This document shows, piece after piece, positions 1 to 9,104 of a stretch of 64,000 bases of DNA. Below the pieces are notes generated by a model. The model saw nothing but the letters and a program-made list of their open reading frames with translations, searched no databases and was not told where the DNA came from. A program made the translations under genes and the position numbers. Source of the DNA: Candidatus Omnitrophota bacterium (GTDB lineage Bacteria > Omnitrophota > Omnitrophia > Omnitrophales > Aquincolibacteriaceae); the NCBI GenBank assembly GCA_035368605.1, contig DAOSLF010000005.1, positions 54,520 to 118,519 on the forward strand. The letters are read 5' to 3'. Position 1 is the stretch's first letter, and each line of letters opens with the position of its first letter.

Positions 1-227
1 GGCGTTTGATATCCTCGTTGGTCTGTTGCTGGCGGAGGGGTGCCCCCTGCTGGGACTGGATCTTGCTGAGGATAGTCGCGGTACTGACGATCTTGTTACC
101 GCGAACCTCGACCGAGGCGATCTTTTTCTGACTCTGCCCGGTCTGCGCGGCGTCCTCCGCGAAAACAGACGGGACACCGGTCGCGAATAAACAGATCGCC
201 AACAACACGCTCAAAAACTTCTTCATT
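1..227 (-). CDS. bamA: Partial outer-membrane protein assembly factor BamA-like gene: signal peptide plus POTRA-1 start. The 5' end only is present; the gene continues past the window start.
   Basis: A reverse-strand ATG at about 225-227 translates to MKKFLSVLLAICLFATGVPSVFAEDAAQTGQSQKKIASVEVRGNKIVSTATILSKIQSQQGAPLRQQQTNEDIKR. That is a signal peptide followed by the VEVxGN...EDIKxL pattern typical of BamA POTRA1. It is absent from the ORF track because the window edge truncates it. Confidence 0.45.
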
Positions 228-1590
228 GGGCTCCTTCGTTGGTACGGTAGAGTTCCGGGTTATCAAACCGGGTCCATTCCTTGATAAACACAAGCGGCAC
301 AGAGCCCACCGGCCCGTTACGCTGCTTGGCAATGATCGCCTCGGCCTTGTTCTTGTTCTCTTCGGAAGGAGCATAATATTCCTCTCTGAAGAGAAAAACA
401 ACAAGATCAGCATCCTGTTCGATCGCGCCCGACTCGCGGAGGTCCGAAAGCTGGGGACGGTTGCCCGTTCGCTGTTCGACGGCACGCGACAGCTGACTGA
501 CCGCGATGACAGGCACCCGGATTTCACGCGCGAGCGCCTTGAGGGACCGGGAGATTTCCGAGATCTCCTGCTGGCGGCTTTCGACGGAACGAACGCCCTG
601 CATCAGCTGCAAATAGTCGATCACGATCAACTGGATGTCATGCTTCATCTTGAGACGGCGCGCCTTGGCCCGGATTTCAAGCACGGTCTGGGCGGGGGAA
701 TCATCAATGAAGATGGGCGCTTCGGAAAGCTTTCCGGCGGCGGCCGTCAGTTTCGGCCAGTCCTGGTGCGAGAGGTACCCCGTCCTGACCTTTTGAGCGT
801 CCACGCGGGCGCGGGAGCAGAGCATCCTCTGAACGAGCTGCTCCTTGCTCATTTCGAGCGAGAAGATCACGACCGGCTTTTTCATGTTGATGCCGGCGTG
901 CTCGACGATCGCGGTCGCGAACGCCGATTTCCCCATCGAGGGACGCCCGGCAACAATGATGAGATCCGATGGCTGAAGGCCGGCGGTCATCGTATCGAAC
1001 TCATGGAACCCCGTCGCGAGACCGGTCACATATTCTTTTTTCTGGAAGAGCCGGTCGATCGTTTCCATGTTCTCGTGGATGATATCCTTGATCTGGACCG
1101 ACCTGCCTTCGACCTGCGATTGACCGATATCGAAGATCATCTTTTCCGCCGTGTCGATCATCTCCTTCGCGTTCGAGTCGGACTCGAGGCTGTTTTGAAC
1201 GATCTGCGTGGCGGAATGGATGAGCTGGCGGAGGAGAGCCTTTTCCTTGACGATCCGGGCGTAATACTCGACGTTCGCCGAGGTCGGCACGGAGGTCGAA
1301 AGTTGCGTCAGATAGCTGATGCCGCCGATGTCATCGAGCTGCTTGCGTTTGCGCAACTCTTCAGAAACGGTGATGAGGTCCACGGGCTGGTTCTTTTCGA
1401 AAAGATCCGCGACGACCTGGAAGAGATTCTGATGGCGCAGGTCGTAAAAATAGGCCGGGCGGAGGACCTCGATGGCCTTGATGAGAGCGGTCTCGTCGAA
1501 GAACATGGCGCCGAGCACGCTCATTTCGGCTTCACGGTTCTGAGGCGGGATCTTCTCGTAAAGCTTGACCGTTGTCTCGGGATTCGCCAC
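223..1590 (-). CDS. dnaB: Replicative DNA helicase DnaB
   Basis: 455-aa ORF with a GTG start. It has the DnaB N-terminal domain (SVLGAMFFDETAL), Walker A GRPSMGKSAFA, and the IVIDYLQLM and SQLSRAVEQR motifs. Confidence 0.95.
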   Translation of the reverse strand: MANPETTVKLYEKIPPQNREAEMSVLGAMFFDETALIKAIEVLRPAYFYDLRHQNLFQVVADLFEKNQPVDLITVSEELRKRKQLDDIGGISYLTQLSTSVPTSANVEYYARIVKEKALLRQLIHSATQIVQNSLESDSNAKEMIDTAEKMIFDIGQSQVEGRSVQIKDIIHENMETIDRLFQKKEYVTGLATGFHEFDTMTAGLQPSDLIIVAGRPSMGKSAFATAIVEHAGINMKKPVVIFSLEMSKEQLVQRMLCSRARVDAQKVRTGYLSHQDWPKLTAAAGKLSEAPIFIDDSPAQTVLEIRAKARRLKMKHDIQLIVIDYLQLMQGVRSVESRQQEISEISRSLKALAREIRVPVIAVSQLSRAVEQRTGNRPQLSDLRESGAIEQDADLVVFLFREEYYAPSEENKNKAEAIIAKQRNGPVGSVPLVFIKEWTRFDNPELYRTNEGAQ

Positions 1591-1615
1591 AAAGACCTCG
1601 TTTAAAACTTCGGGA

Positions 1616-2062
1616 TTACGGCTGACGGACCAGCTCGACAGCCAGGCGTGTCTTGACCTGCGGGTAGATTTCCAGGTCCACCTGGTGGGTTCCCAGGCTC
1701 TTGAGATGCTCCTTCAGGCGAACCTGCTTCTTGTCGAACTCATAACCCTTCGCGCTCAACGCCTGGCGGATTTCGTCGGGGCCGACCGAACCGTAAAGTT
1801 TGTTGCCTTCCCCGGCCTTGACCTCGATCGCGATCTTGAGGTCGGCCAGCTCCCTGGCCTTTTTTTCAGCCGCGGCCTTTTCCTTCGCCTTGCGTATTTC
1901 ACTGCGGGCCTTCTGGTCCGCGAAGAAATCCTGGTTCTTGCGCGTCGCGAGGATCGCCAGGTTGCGGGGCAGGAGGAAGTTGCGGCCAAAACCGTCGCGA
2001 ACCCTCACCACATCGCCTTTTTTACCGACTTCAGGGACATCCTTGATAAGCAAAAGTTCCAT
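1616..2062 (-). CDS. rplI: 50S ribosomal protein L9
   Basis: 148 aa. The N-terminus MELLLIKDVPEVGKKGDVVRVRDGFGRNFLLP is an L9 signature. It sits in the conserved rpsF-ssb-rpsR-rplI-dnaB arrangement. Confidence 0.9.
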   Translation of the reverse strand: MELLLIKDVPEVGKKGDVVRVRDGFGRNFLLPRNLAILATRKNQDFFADQKARSEIRKAKEKAAAEKKARELADLKIAIEVKAGEGNKLYGSVGPDEIRQALSAKGYEFDKKQVRLKEHLKSLGTHQVDLEIYPQVKTRLAVELVRQP

Positions 2063-2076
2063 GTCACATCACCTCG

Positions 2077-2376
2077 TTAAATGGCCTGGAAAGAGATCAG
2101 GCCCGCGTGCCGGGCACGCTTGATAAGCCGCTTCAGCGTCCGCTGGTCCTTGGCGTTGAGCCGGGTGATCCTGCGAGGCAGGATCTTGCCTTTTTCCGTG
2201 AGATACTTCGAAAGCGCGTCGGTATCCTTGTAATCGAGGGGAGGCAGGACGCGGCGCACACGCTTGCGCACCATTCTCAGACCCCCGGGGCCCCGGCGAT
2301 CACCGTCGCGGCCGGATTTCCTCATCGGTTTCTTGAAAGGTTTCTTTTCGAATTTTCCTTCGGGTTTTCTTTCCAT
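2077..2376 (-). CDS. rpsR: 30S ribosomal protein S18 (N-terminally extended relative to E. coli)
   Basis: 99 aa with the S18 core ...[48 protein letters not shown]. Confidence 0.85.
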   Translation of the reverse strand: MERKPEGKFEKKPFKKPMRKSGRDGDRRGPGGLRMVRKRVRRVLPPLDYKDTDALSKYLTEKGKILPRRITRLNAKDQRTLKRLIKRARHAGLISFQAI

Positions 2377-2389
2377 GGCTCACACTTGG

Positions 2390-2875
2390 TTAAAAGGGGA
2401 TATCTTCATCCGGTTTAAGTTCATCCTGCGACACCGAAGGCCCACCCTTCCTGGAAGAGCCCGAACCTTCCGGTGCTTCAAAAATAGTGTTGTCGATGTC
2501 CATCGTCGGCACATCCGCGCTCTCGCTCTTGCCTCCCGGCTTGGAACCGAGAAACTGGATGTTGTCAGCAACCACTTCCGTTGAATACCGCTTGCTCCCG
2601 TCCGGGCCGTCCCAACTACGGGTCTGAATCCTGCCTTCCACGAAAACGGGGCGGCCTTTTTTCAGGTATTCGTTGCAGATCTCGGCCAGCCGCGCCCAGA
2701 CCACGATGCGAATGAAACTGACCTCTTCCTTCTTTTCGCCGGTCCTGGCCATATAGGTCCGCCCGCAGGCGATCGTGAAGGTGGCCACGGCCTGCCCGGA
2801 AGGAAGATACCGGAGTTCCGGGTCACGGGTAAGATTCCCGATCAGCATGACCTTGTTCAGATTTGCCGCCATCAC
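2390..2875 (-). CDS. ssb: Single-stranded DNA-binding protein
   Basis: 161 aa with an OB-fold N-terminus (NKVMLIGNLTRDPELRY), a Gly/Ser-rich linker and the acidic DEDIPF C-terminal tip. Confidence 0.9.
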   Translation of the reverse strand: MMAANLNKVMLIGNLTRDPELRYLPSGQAVATFTIACGRTYMARTGEKKEEVSFIRIVVWARLAEICNEYLKKGRPVFVEGRIQTRSWDGPDGSKRYSTEVVADNIQFLGSKPGGKSESADVPTMDIDNTIFEAPEGSGSSRKGGPSVSQDELKPDEDIPF

Positions 2876-2889
2876 ATCACCTCAGGTGT

Positions 2890-3237
2890 TCAGGTTTGGG
2901 GAGTGACCGGTTGCGCGACCGGGGCCGCCGCGACAGGCGTTTTGGCCTTCCTTTCGTCGGGGACCGTGATCATGTACTTCAGGAGGTTTTCCTGGAATTC
3001 GAGTTCCTTGTGGAAATCCTGCATCTTCGCGGGGTCCATCTCGAACTGGACCACCAACACCTTCCCGTCCTTGTGCTTCCCGACGGGATGACCGATGGTT
3101 TTCTTTCCAAGATCGGTCTTCTGGAGGACCCTCCCCTGGAACTTTTCAATCCACCTGGCCACTTCCGCAGAGCCGTCCTTATGGGTCTCCCCGGTGGCTT
3201 CCGTCGGAAAAATAAACAAACCCTCATACTTTCTCAT
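2890..3237 (-). CDS. rpsF: 30S ribosomal protein S6
   Basis: 115 aa beginning MRKYEGLFIF...; it heads the S6-SSB-S18-L9 cluster. A GGAGG SD lies 7 nt upstream. Confidence 0.9.
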   Translation of the reverse strand: MRKYEGLFIFPTEATGETHKDGSAEVARWIEKFQGRVLQKTDLGKKTIGHPVGKHKDGKVLVVQFEMDPAKMQDFHKELEFQENLLKYMITVPDERKAKTPVAAAPVAQPVTPQT

Positions 3238-3378
3238 TCTTGACTCCTCTTATTCCTGTAGACGATCGGTTACCTTAGCTAAGGCGTTCCGTGCGGCAAA
3301 TCAGCTGGGAACCTCCAGAAGGCCCTGAAAGGAGTGACAATGTAACATAAAGCCCTCTGTTCCGCAACAAAAGATAAC

Positions 3379-3981
3379 CTACAATTTTGTCGAATTGACC
3401 CAGTGGGCTGCCTTCGCGAACGGCTCGACGGCCCATCGCCGGCAGGCCTCGGCCCCCTGTTCGAGGAGCCCGGGAATCTCTTTTTCCTCCGCGCGACTGA
3501 ATGCGGCCAGGACATAGTTACGGAGAGGTTCGTCCGCCCCTGCGGAGCGGTTCGGGTCGTCCTCGCGCCGAACGCCGATCCCAACCCTCAATCGCGCGTA
3601 GGCGGCGCTCCGGAGAGTGTCCTCGATGGACGCGAGGCCATTATGGCCACCGGGGCTGCCGTCCCCTCTCAGACGGAACCGCCCGAACGGAAGCGCGATA
3701 TCGTCTACCACGATCAAAAGATTTTTATAGTCCCGCACCCCGAAATGCTCCGCAAGCAATTTCACCGGACCACCCGAGAGGTTCATATAACTTTCGGGAT
3801 AGGCGATCACAACGGGTTCGCAGTCCCAGGAAACTTCGGCGGCGCAGGCCCTCAGGGAAGGTTTCCTCGCGAAAGACCCGCCTTCCCGGGCAGCGATATG
3901 CTCGATCAAACGGCGTCCGATATTGTGCCGCGTTCCCGCATAGGAGGTTCCGGGGTTGCCGAGGCCGACGATAAGTTTCAT
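3379..3981 (-). CDS. pth: Peptidyl-tRNA hydrolase. The true start is the internal MKLIVGLGNPG; the listed 279-aa ORF is an Arg-rich 5' over-extension.
   Basis: MKLIVGLGNPGTSYAGTRHNIG is the canonical Pth N-terminus. An ATG was verified at 3979-3981. It sits in the glmU-prs-ctc-pth gene order. Confidence 0.9.
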   Translation of the reverse strand: MKLIVGLGNPGTSYAGTRHNIGRRLIEHIAAREGGSFARKPSLRACAAEVSWDCEPVVIAYPESYMNLSGGPVKLLAEHFGVRDYKNLLIVVDDIALPFGRFRLRGDGSPGGHNGLASIEDTLRSAAYARLRVGIGVRREDDPNRSAGADEPLRNYVLAAFSRAEEKEIPGLLEQGAEACRRWAVEPFAKAAHWVNSTKL

Positions 3982-3985
3982 AGAC

Positions 3986-4024
3986 AGGAAAAAGACCGGC
4001 GAACGCGCAAGGCGTCCGCCGGTC
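3986..4024 (-). terminator. Rho-independent terminator downstream of rplY/ctc
   Basis: On the minus strand an 8-bp GC stem (GACCGGCG...CGCCGGTC) is followed by TTTTTCC, immediately 3' of the rplY stop and 5' of the pth start. Confidence 0.55.
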
Positions 4025-4037
4025 TCCGGGACTTTCC

Positions 4038-4736
4038 TTATTTTGCCGGGGCCGCGCCGGGTTTCGCCGCGGGAGCGGCGCCTTCCTCGCCCTCCGCAGG
4101 CTTCTTGCCCTTTTCGATGACTTCCGGCTGCGTCGCGGCTTCTTCCGCCGGTTGCGCGACCTCTTCCTCGCGGGGAGGATGAACGGTCACGACGACATCG
4201 TCGGGAGACAGGAGACATTCGACGCCTTCGGCGAGCGCGAGCGCGCTGACGTGGATCGCGTCATTGATCTTCATTTCTTTCGCGTCGATCTCGATCTTCT
4301 CCGGAATCTGCGTCGGCAAACACTCGACCTCGACTTCATGGTGGACCACATCGAGCACGCCGCCTTCCTTGACGCCGGGAGCGAGGTCCGCGTGGACCAC
4401 GACGACCGGCACCTTGACCGTGATCTTCTCGGTCATCGAAATAACCATCAGATCGACGTGGTCGATCTTTTCGGTCATGGGATTGCGCTGCATGTCCTTG
4501 ATCAGGCAGATCGATTCCTTGAGCTGGACACCCTCGACCTTAAGCGAGATCATGACGTTCTCGCCCGCCTTGGTACGGATCGCCTTCAGGAACTCGCGTT
4601 CCGGAAGCTCCAGCGCGAGCGGCTTCATGCCGTGGCCGTAGACAATGGCCGGGATCATTTCGTTGCGGCGGACGCTACGCGCCTTCCGGCTGCCCTCGAC
4701 CTGACGGACGGTAACTTTCAGTTCATACGTTTGCAT
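4038..4736 (-). CDS. rplY: 50S ribosomal protein L25 / general stress protein Ctc
   Basis: 232 aa with the L25/Ctc beta-barrel domains and a Glu/Ala/Pro-rich low-complexity tail. Confidence 0.9.
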   Translation of the reverse strand: MQTYELKVTVRQVEGSRKARSVRRNEMIPAIVYGHGMKPLALELPEREFLKAIRTKAGENVMISLKVEGVQLKESICLIKDMQRNPMTEKIDHVDLMVISMTEKITVKVPVVVVHADLAPGVKEGGVLDVVHHEVEVECLPTQIPEKIEIDAKEMKINDAIHVSALALAEGVECLLSPDDVVVTVHPPREEEVAQPAEEAATQPEVIEKGKKPAEGEEGAAPAAKPGAAPAK

Positions 4737-4833
4737 GGATGGATCCTCCTTGAACCGGCGAAGACTTCGCTGCCTCTGCCGGTGGTTTGTTTTTAGGGTC
4801 TAAAACGGTCAAACTCCGCTATCGGGGCCCCGC

Positions 4834-5823
4834 TCAGGCCTCGACGCCGAGAGAACTGTTGAAAAAAAGCGTGCTGATCGAAACGTCGTTATGGATTCTC
4901 CAGATCGCGTCCGCGAGAAGCGGGGCGATCGAAAGCTGCTTGATCTTCGGAATCCTCTTCTCTTCAGAGAGAGGGATGCTGTTCGTCACGATCAGTTCCT
5001 TGATCGGGGAGTTCCTGATCTTCTCCACGGCGCTTCCCGCGAGCACGGGATGCACGATGCACGCGTAGATATCCTTGACCCCGCGCGCCTTCAGCGCCTT
5101 CGCGGCCTCCACGATCGAACCGCCGGTCGAAATCAGGTCATCGATCAGGACGACGTTCTTGCCCGTCACGGAACCGATGATGTGCATGACATGCGTCGTC
5201 GCGGCGCCTTCGCGGCGTTTGTCCACGATCGCGAGGTCGCAGCCGAAAAGCTTCGCATAACCGCGGGCCATCTTGATGCCGCCGACGTCGGGTGACACGA
5301 CCACGAGGTTCTTCAGCTTCTTTTTCTTGAAGTAGTTGCCGAGCACGGCGATCGAATAAAGGTGATCGACAGGGATATCGAAGAAGCCCTGGATCTGTCC
5401 GGCATGGAGATCGACCGTGAGGACGCGATTCGCGCCGGCGCTCACGATCAGGTTCGCGACCAGCTTCGCCGTGATCGGAACGCGGGGCCGGTCCTTGCGG
5501 TCCTGGCGGGCGTAACCGAAGAACGGCAGCACCGCCGTAATGCGCTTCGCGGACGCGCGGCGCGCGGCGTCGATCAGGATCAGAAGCTCCATCAGACTCT
5601 CGTTCGGAGGGGTGCAGGTCGGCTGCACGATAAAGACATCCTTGCCGCGGATATTGTCGCGAATCTGGACCTGGATCTCGCCTTCCGGGAACCTTCCGAT
5701 CACCACATCGCCCACGGGAATCCCGAGGAGCTTCGCGATCTCGGCCGTCAGCGCGGGGTTGGAGCTTCCCCCGATGAGGACCATGGAACCGTTGTTCTTT
5801 TTGTGTACTCTGATCTTCGTCAT
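4834..5823 (-). CDS. prs: Ribose-phosphate pyrophosphokinase (start taken at MTKIRVHKKNNGSMVLIGGSSN)
   Basis: PRPP synthetase signatures are present: the GGSSNPALTAEIAKLLG N-domain and the PRPP-binding loop VVLIDDLISTGGSI. Confidence 0.9.
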   Translation of the reverse strand: MTKIRVHKKNNGSMVLIGGSSNPALTAEIAKLLGIPVGDVVIGRFPEGEIQVQIRDNIRGKDVFIVQPTCTPPNESLMELLILIDAARRASAKRITAVLPFFGYARQDRKDRPRVPITAKLVANLIVSAGANRVLTVDLHAGQIQGFFDIPVDHLYSIAVLGNYFKKKKLKNLVVVSPDVGGIKMARGYAKLFGCDLAIVDKRREGAATTHVMHIIGSVTGKNVVLIDDLISTGGSIVEAAKALKARGVKDIYACIVHPVLAGSAVEKIRNSPIKELIVTNSIPLSEEKRIPKIKQLSIAPLLADAIWRIHNDVSISTLFFNSSLGVEA

Positions 5824-5830
5824 AAAGTCA

Positions 5831-7081
5831 TCACCTTTTCTTTTTTGAGATCTGCCTCGCGGGGATCCCGACCACGACCCCACCTTTTTTCATGCGTGTG
5901 CCCCGTGTCACGACGGCCCCGGCGCCGGTCTTTACCCGCTCGGGAACAACCAGGGGCGCCACGAGAACGGTATTCGAGCCGATCAGCGCGTTCTTCCCGA
6001 TCTTCGTGACATGTTTGTTCTTTCCGTCATAGTTGGCCGTGATCGCACCGGCCCCGATGTTCACACCGTCGCCGATAACCGCGTCGCCGAGATACGACAG
6101 ATGTTTCGCGCACACGCCCTTGCCGACCGTCGAGCGGTTTACCTCGACGAAACTGCCGATCTCGGAACCGTCCCCGACCTTCGTGCCCGGGCGGAACTTC
6201 GCGAACGGACCGATCTTGCAGTTTTTTCCGATCGTCACGCCGGTCTCGACCCAGCACCACGGATTAACGACGGTCCCCGCGCCGATCACGACCCCCGGCG
6301 CCACGAACGTCCGGGCCGGGGAAACGAAGGTCACGCCGCGTTCCATGTGGCGTTCGATCTCGCGCTGATTGATCCTTTCCGTTACCGTCGCCAGGTCCTT
6401 CTGGGAGTTGATCCCCGTCCCTTCCGCCGCCGCGGCGAACGGGAACGCCTCCACCTTGCAGCCTTCCTCGCGGAGGACTTCGATCGTGTCCGTAAGATAG
6501 TATTCGTTCTTCCTGTTATTACTGCCGATCCGCGCGAGGGCCCTGAAAAGGAGCTCCCGGTCGAAAAGGTAAATCCCCGTGTTAACCTCGCGAAGGGACC
6601 GTTCCCTGTCCGTAGCGTCCAACTCCTCGCGGATCGCGACGAACTTCCCGTCCTCGCGGACGATCCGTCCGTAACCCTTCGGGCATTCCACGACGGAACT
6701 CAGCACGCTCGCGTGGGCCCGGCTCCGTGCGTTCGCCGCGACGAACCTTTCGATCGTCCCGGTCTCGACCAGCGGCATATCCCCCGGCCAGATGAGCACG
6801 GGGCCCTTCGAACCCTTCAAAAGGGAACGCGTCATCATCACCGCGTGTCCGGTCCCCTTCTGCTCGGTCTGCAGGACGGGCCGCGCATCATAGTTTTTCA
6901 GGAAGCTTTTGACAAGGCCGGCCTTGTATCCGACCACCACAAGCGGCTTCCGGATTCCGGCCGCCGCCAGCGTGTCCAGCACATATCCCAACACCGGTTT
7001 CCCGAAGGCCGTATGCAGCACCTTGGGAAGCTCTGTCCGCATCCGCGTCCCTTTTCCCGCCGCCAGTACGACCGCATCCAT
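5831..7081 (-). CDS. glmU: Bifunctional UDP-GlcNAc pyrophosphorylase / GlcN-1-P acetyltransferase
   Basis: Nucleotidyltransferase N-terminus MDAVVLAAGKGTRMRTELPKVLH plus C-terminal left-handed beta-helix hexapeptide repeats. It is adjacent to prs, as in many bacteria. Confidence 0.9.
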   Translation of the reverse strand: MDAVVLAAGKGTRMRTELPKVLHTAFGKPVLGYVLDTLAAAGIRKPLVVVGYKAGLVKSFLKNYDARPVLQTEQKGTGHAVMMTRSLLKGSKGPVLIWPGDMPLVETGTIERFVAANARSRAHASVLSSVVECPKGYGRIVREDGKFVAIREELDATDRERSLREVNTGIYLFDRELLFRALARIGSNNRKNEYYLTDTIEVLREEGCKVEAFPFAAAAEGTGINSQKDLATVTERINQREIERHMERGVTFVSPARTFVAPGVVIGAGTVVNPWCWVETGVTIGKNCKIGPFAKFRPGTKVGDGSEIGSFVEVNRSTVGKGVCAKHLSYLGDAVIGDGVNIGAGAITANYDGKNKHVTKIGKNALIGSNTVLVAPLVVPERVKTGAGAVVTRGTRMKKGGVVVGIPARQISKKKR

Positions 7082-7084
7082 GGC

Positions 7085-8017
7085 TCAGCCCTTGATCCCC
7101 GTCAGCTTGATGCCCTCGACGAAGAACCGTTGATTGAACAGGAACACCACGAGGATCGGCAGGATCATCATCATCGAGCCCGCCATCAGGAGCGTCCAGT
7201 CCGTGTTGTGGACCCCCTGCAGGTAGGCCAGTCCGACCGGCAGGGTGTATTTCGTGTGCGTGTTCACGACGATCAGGGGCCACATCAGCGTCGTCCAGGA
7301 CCCCATGAACGTGAAGGTCGTCAGCGTCGCGAGCGCGGGCTTCGAGAGCGGGATGATGATGTGCCAGAAGATCCTGAAATAGTTGCAACCGTCGATCTTC
7401 GCTGCGTCCTCGAGGTCCTTCGGCAGCGTCAGGAAGAACTGGCGGAGCATGAATGTTCCGTACGCCGAAAAAATACCCGGAAGGATCAGCGCCTTGTACG
7501 TGTCAATCCAGCCGAGGTACCTCAGCAGGATGAACACGGGGATCATCGTCACCGTCCCGGGGATCATCATCGTCGCGAGATAACCGAAGAACAGTTTGTC
7601 GCGCCCGGGAAAACTCAGCCGCGCGAACGCGTAGGCCGCCATCGCACTCGTCGCCACCTGGCCAACCGTGATGCAGATGCTCACAAAAAGCGAGTTCAGG
7701 TAGAACATCGCGAACGGCACGGTCTTCATCTGCCAGACCTTCACGTAATTCTGCCAGACGAAGCTCATGGGGAGCCATTCCTTCCACCACACCTTGTCGA
7801 AGGCCAGCACATCGTTCGGATTCTTGAGCGAGGTCGAAAGCATCCAGAGGAAAGGGGCGATCATGCTGACGGCGCCGATCAGCAACGCGACATAGATGAA
7901 GGACCGCTGAAAGAGCCGCTTGAGCGGATAGTTCAGCTTGACCTCGATGAACGGCGTTCCCTTTTTCAGGAGCGCCGGATTCCTGGCGATGTATGATTTT
8001 TGTTTCATTCCGGGCAT
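7085..8017 (-). CDS. Carbohydrate ABC transporter permease (MalG/AraQ-type). Start taken at MPGMKQKS; the listed ORF 7085..8791 is a 5' extension.
   Basis: Six-TM ABC permease core with an EAA-like loop (AKIDGCNYFRIFWHIIIPLSKPAL). The ATG lies 14 nt after the upstream permease stop. Confidence 0.8.
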   Translation of the reverse strand: MPGMKQKSYIARNPALLKKGTPFIEVKLNYPLKRLFQRSFIYVALLIGAVSMIAPFLWMLSTSLKNPNDVLAFDKVWWKEWLPMSFVWQNYVKVWQMKTVPFAMFYLNSLFVSICITVGQVATSAMAAYAFARLSFPGRDKLFFGYLATMMIPGTVTMIPVFILLRYLGWIDTYKALILPGIFSAYGTFMLRQFFLTLPKDLEDAAKIDGCNYFRIFWHIIIPLSKPALATLTTFTFMGSWTTLMWPLIVVNTHTKYTLPVGLAYLQGVHNTDWTLLMAGSMMMILPILVVFLFNQRFFVEGIKLTGIKG

Positions 8018-8031
8018 AAGTTTCCGCGGCC

Positions 8032-8943
8032 TCAGGAGTAGTGGATGTTCCGTCCGTAAAAACGCCATTTCAGAAGCGTAATCATGAAGATGATCAGGAA
8101 GAGCACCCACGAGATCGCTGCGGCGTATCCCATGCGGTACCATTCGAACGCGTTGTTGTAAATGTAGTAAATGATCGTCGTCGTGGAACCGTTCGGCCCG
8201 CCGCCTGTCATGATATAGGCCTGGTCGAACCCCGCCTGGAACCCGCCGATCAGGCTCATAATCACGATGAAGAACGTCGTCGGGGAAATCTGCGGCCAGG
8301 TCACGTTCCAGAACTTCTGCCAGCTGTTCGCGCCGTCCACCTCGGCCGCGTCGTAGAGCTCCCTGGGGACACCCTGCAGGGCCGCAAGGTACAGGATCAT
8401 GTTGTAACCGCCGATTCCCTGCCAGACGCTCATGATGATGAACGCCGGCTTGGCCCAGGCCTCGTCCGTCAGCCAGTTGGGCCCAACGAGCTTGAGGCCG
8501 AGGAAGTTCCCCATCTGCGCGATCATGATATTGAGAAGACCCGAGTTGGCGTTGTAGATCAGTCGCCAGAGCATGAAGATCGCGACGCCGGAGCAGATCG
8601 TCGGCAGGAAATAGACCGTGCGGAAGATCACCGTCCCCTTGAGTTTCTGGTTGAGCGCGATCGCGAGAAGAAGCGAACCGGCCATGCTGAGCGGGATCGA
8701 GAGCATCAGGTAGACCGTGTTCCAGCAATATTTCAGAAAGTAAGGATCTTTCATGAGGTTGAAGTAGTTCCCGAGCCCCAGGAATTTGCAATCCCCCGAA
8801 AGCAGGTCCATCTGCAGGAAGCTGAGAACGAGGGACGCGAGCACGGGAAGCGACGTGAAGACGAGGAATCCGGCCAGATTCGGGGCGAGGAAGATGTACG
8901 CCGCGATCTTTTCTTTTGTCTTGTCCTTCATTCGGTTGAACAT
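8032..8943 (-). CDS. Carbohydrate ABC transporter permease (MalF/UgpA-type)
   Basis: 303-aa polytopic protein with the EAA motif region (YDAAEVDGANSWQKFWNVTWPQISP). It is paired with the downstream MalG-type permease. No SBP or ATPase gene is adjacent. Confidence 0.8.
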   Translation of the reverse strand: MFNRMKDKTKEKIAAYIFLAPNLAGFLVFTSLPVLASLVLSFLQMDLLSGDCKFLGLGNYFNLMKDPYFLKYCWNTVYLMLSIPLSMAGSLLLAIALNQKLKGTVIFRTVYFLPTICSGVAIFMLWRLIYNANSGLLNIMIAQMGNFLGLKLVGPNWLTDEAWAKPAFIIMSVWQGIGGYNMILYLAALQGVPRELYDAAEVDGANSWQKFWNVTWPQISPTTFFIVIMSLIGGFQAGFDQAYIMTGGGPNGSTTTIIYYIYNNAFEWYRMGYAAAISWVLFLIIFMITLLKWRFYGRNIHYS

Positions 8944-8983
8944 GATTTCCTTTTCAGGACTGGCAACTCACTTCGTTCGTAAA

Positions 8984-9056
8984 CTGCCCCGTCTGGACTC
9001 GAACCAGAAACCTTGCCTCCAAAGGGCAGTGTGATATCCGTTTTCACCACGGGGCA
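8984..9056 (-). tRNA. tRNA-Gln (anticodon UUG)
   Basis: Manually folded 73-nt cloverleaf with a 7-bp acceptor stem (U1-A72, discriminator G73, as in bacterial tRNA-Gln). Other features: U8, D-stem GUGA/UCAC with GG in the D-loop, anticodon loop cUUUGga, T-arm UCUGG-UUCGAGU-CCAGA. No CCA is encoded. Confidence 0.85.
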
Positions 9057-9104
9057 ATATTCCACGAAACCGTCCCGGCATTCATAAAACATCGGGACGG
9101 AGAA

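Noticed and set aside
226-1605. Long plus-strand ORF (459 aa) antisense to dnaB. Similar long antisense ORFs occur at 6011-7996, 24368-26881, 41940-44429 and 45139-46770, plus many others.
   Set aside because: These are shadow ORFs typical of high-GC DNA. They lack recognisable domains and are Arg/Pro/Gly-rich. Each lies opposite a well-supported gene with strong homology.
3379-4218. 279-aa version of the pth ORF with an Arg-rich N-terminal 79 residues
   Set aside because: It is an upstream extension through the ctc terminator region. The canonical Pth start MKLIVGLGNPG is internal, with its own ATG at 3979-3981.
7085-8791. 568-aa ORF extending the MalG-type permease upstream across the MalF-type gene
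   Set aside because: The N-terminal 260 residues are low-complexity and overlap the real upstream permease in another frame. The true start is at about 8017.
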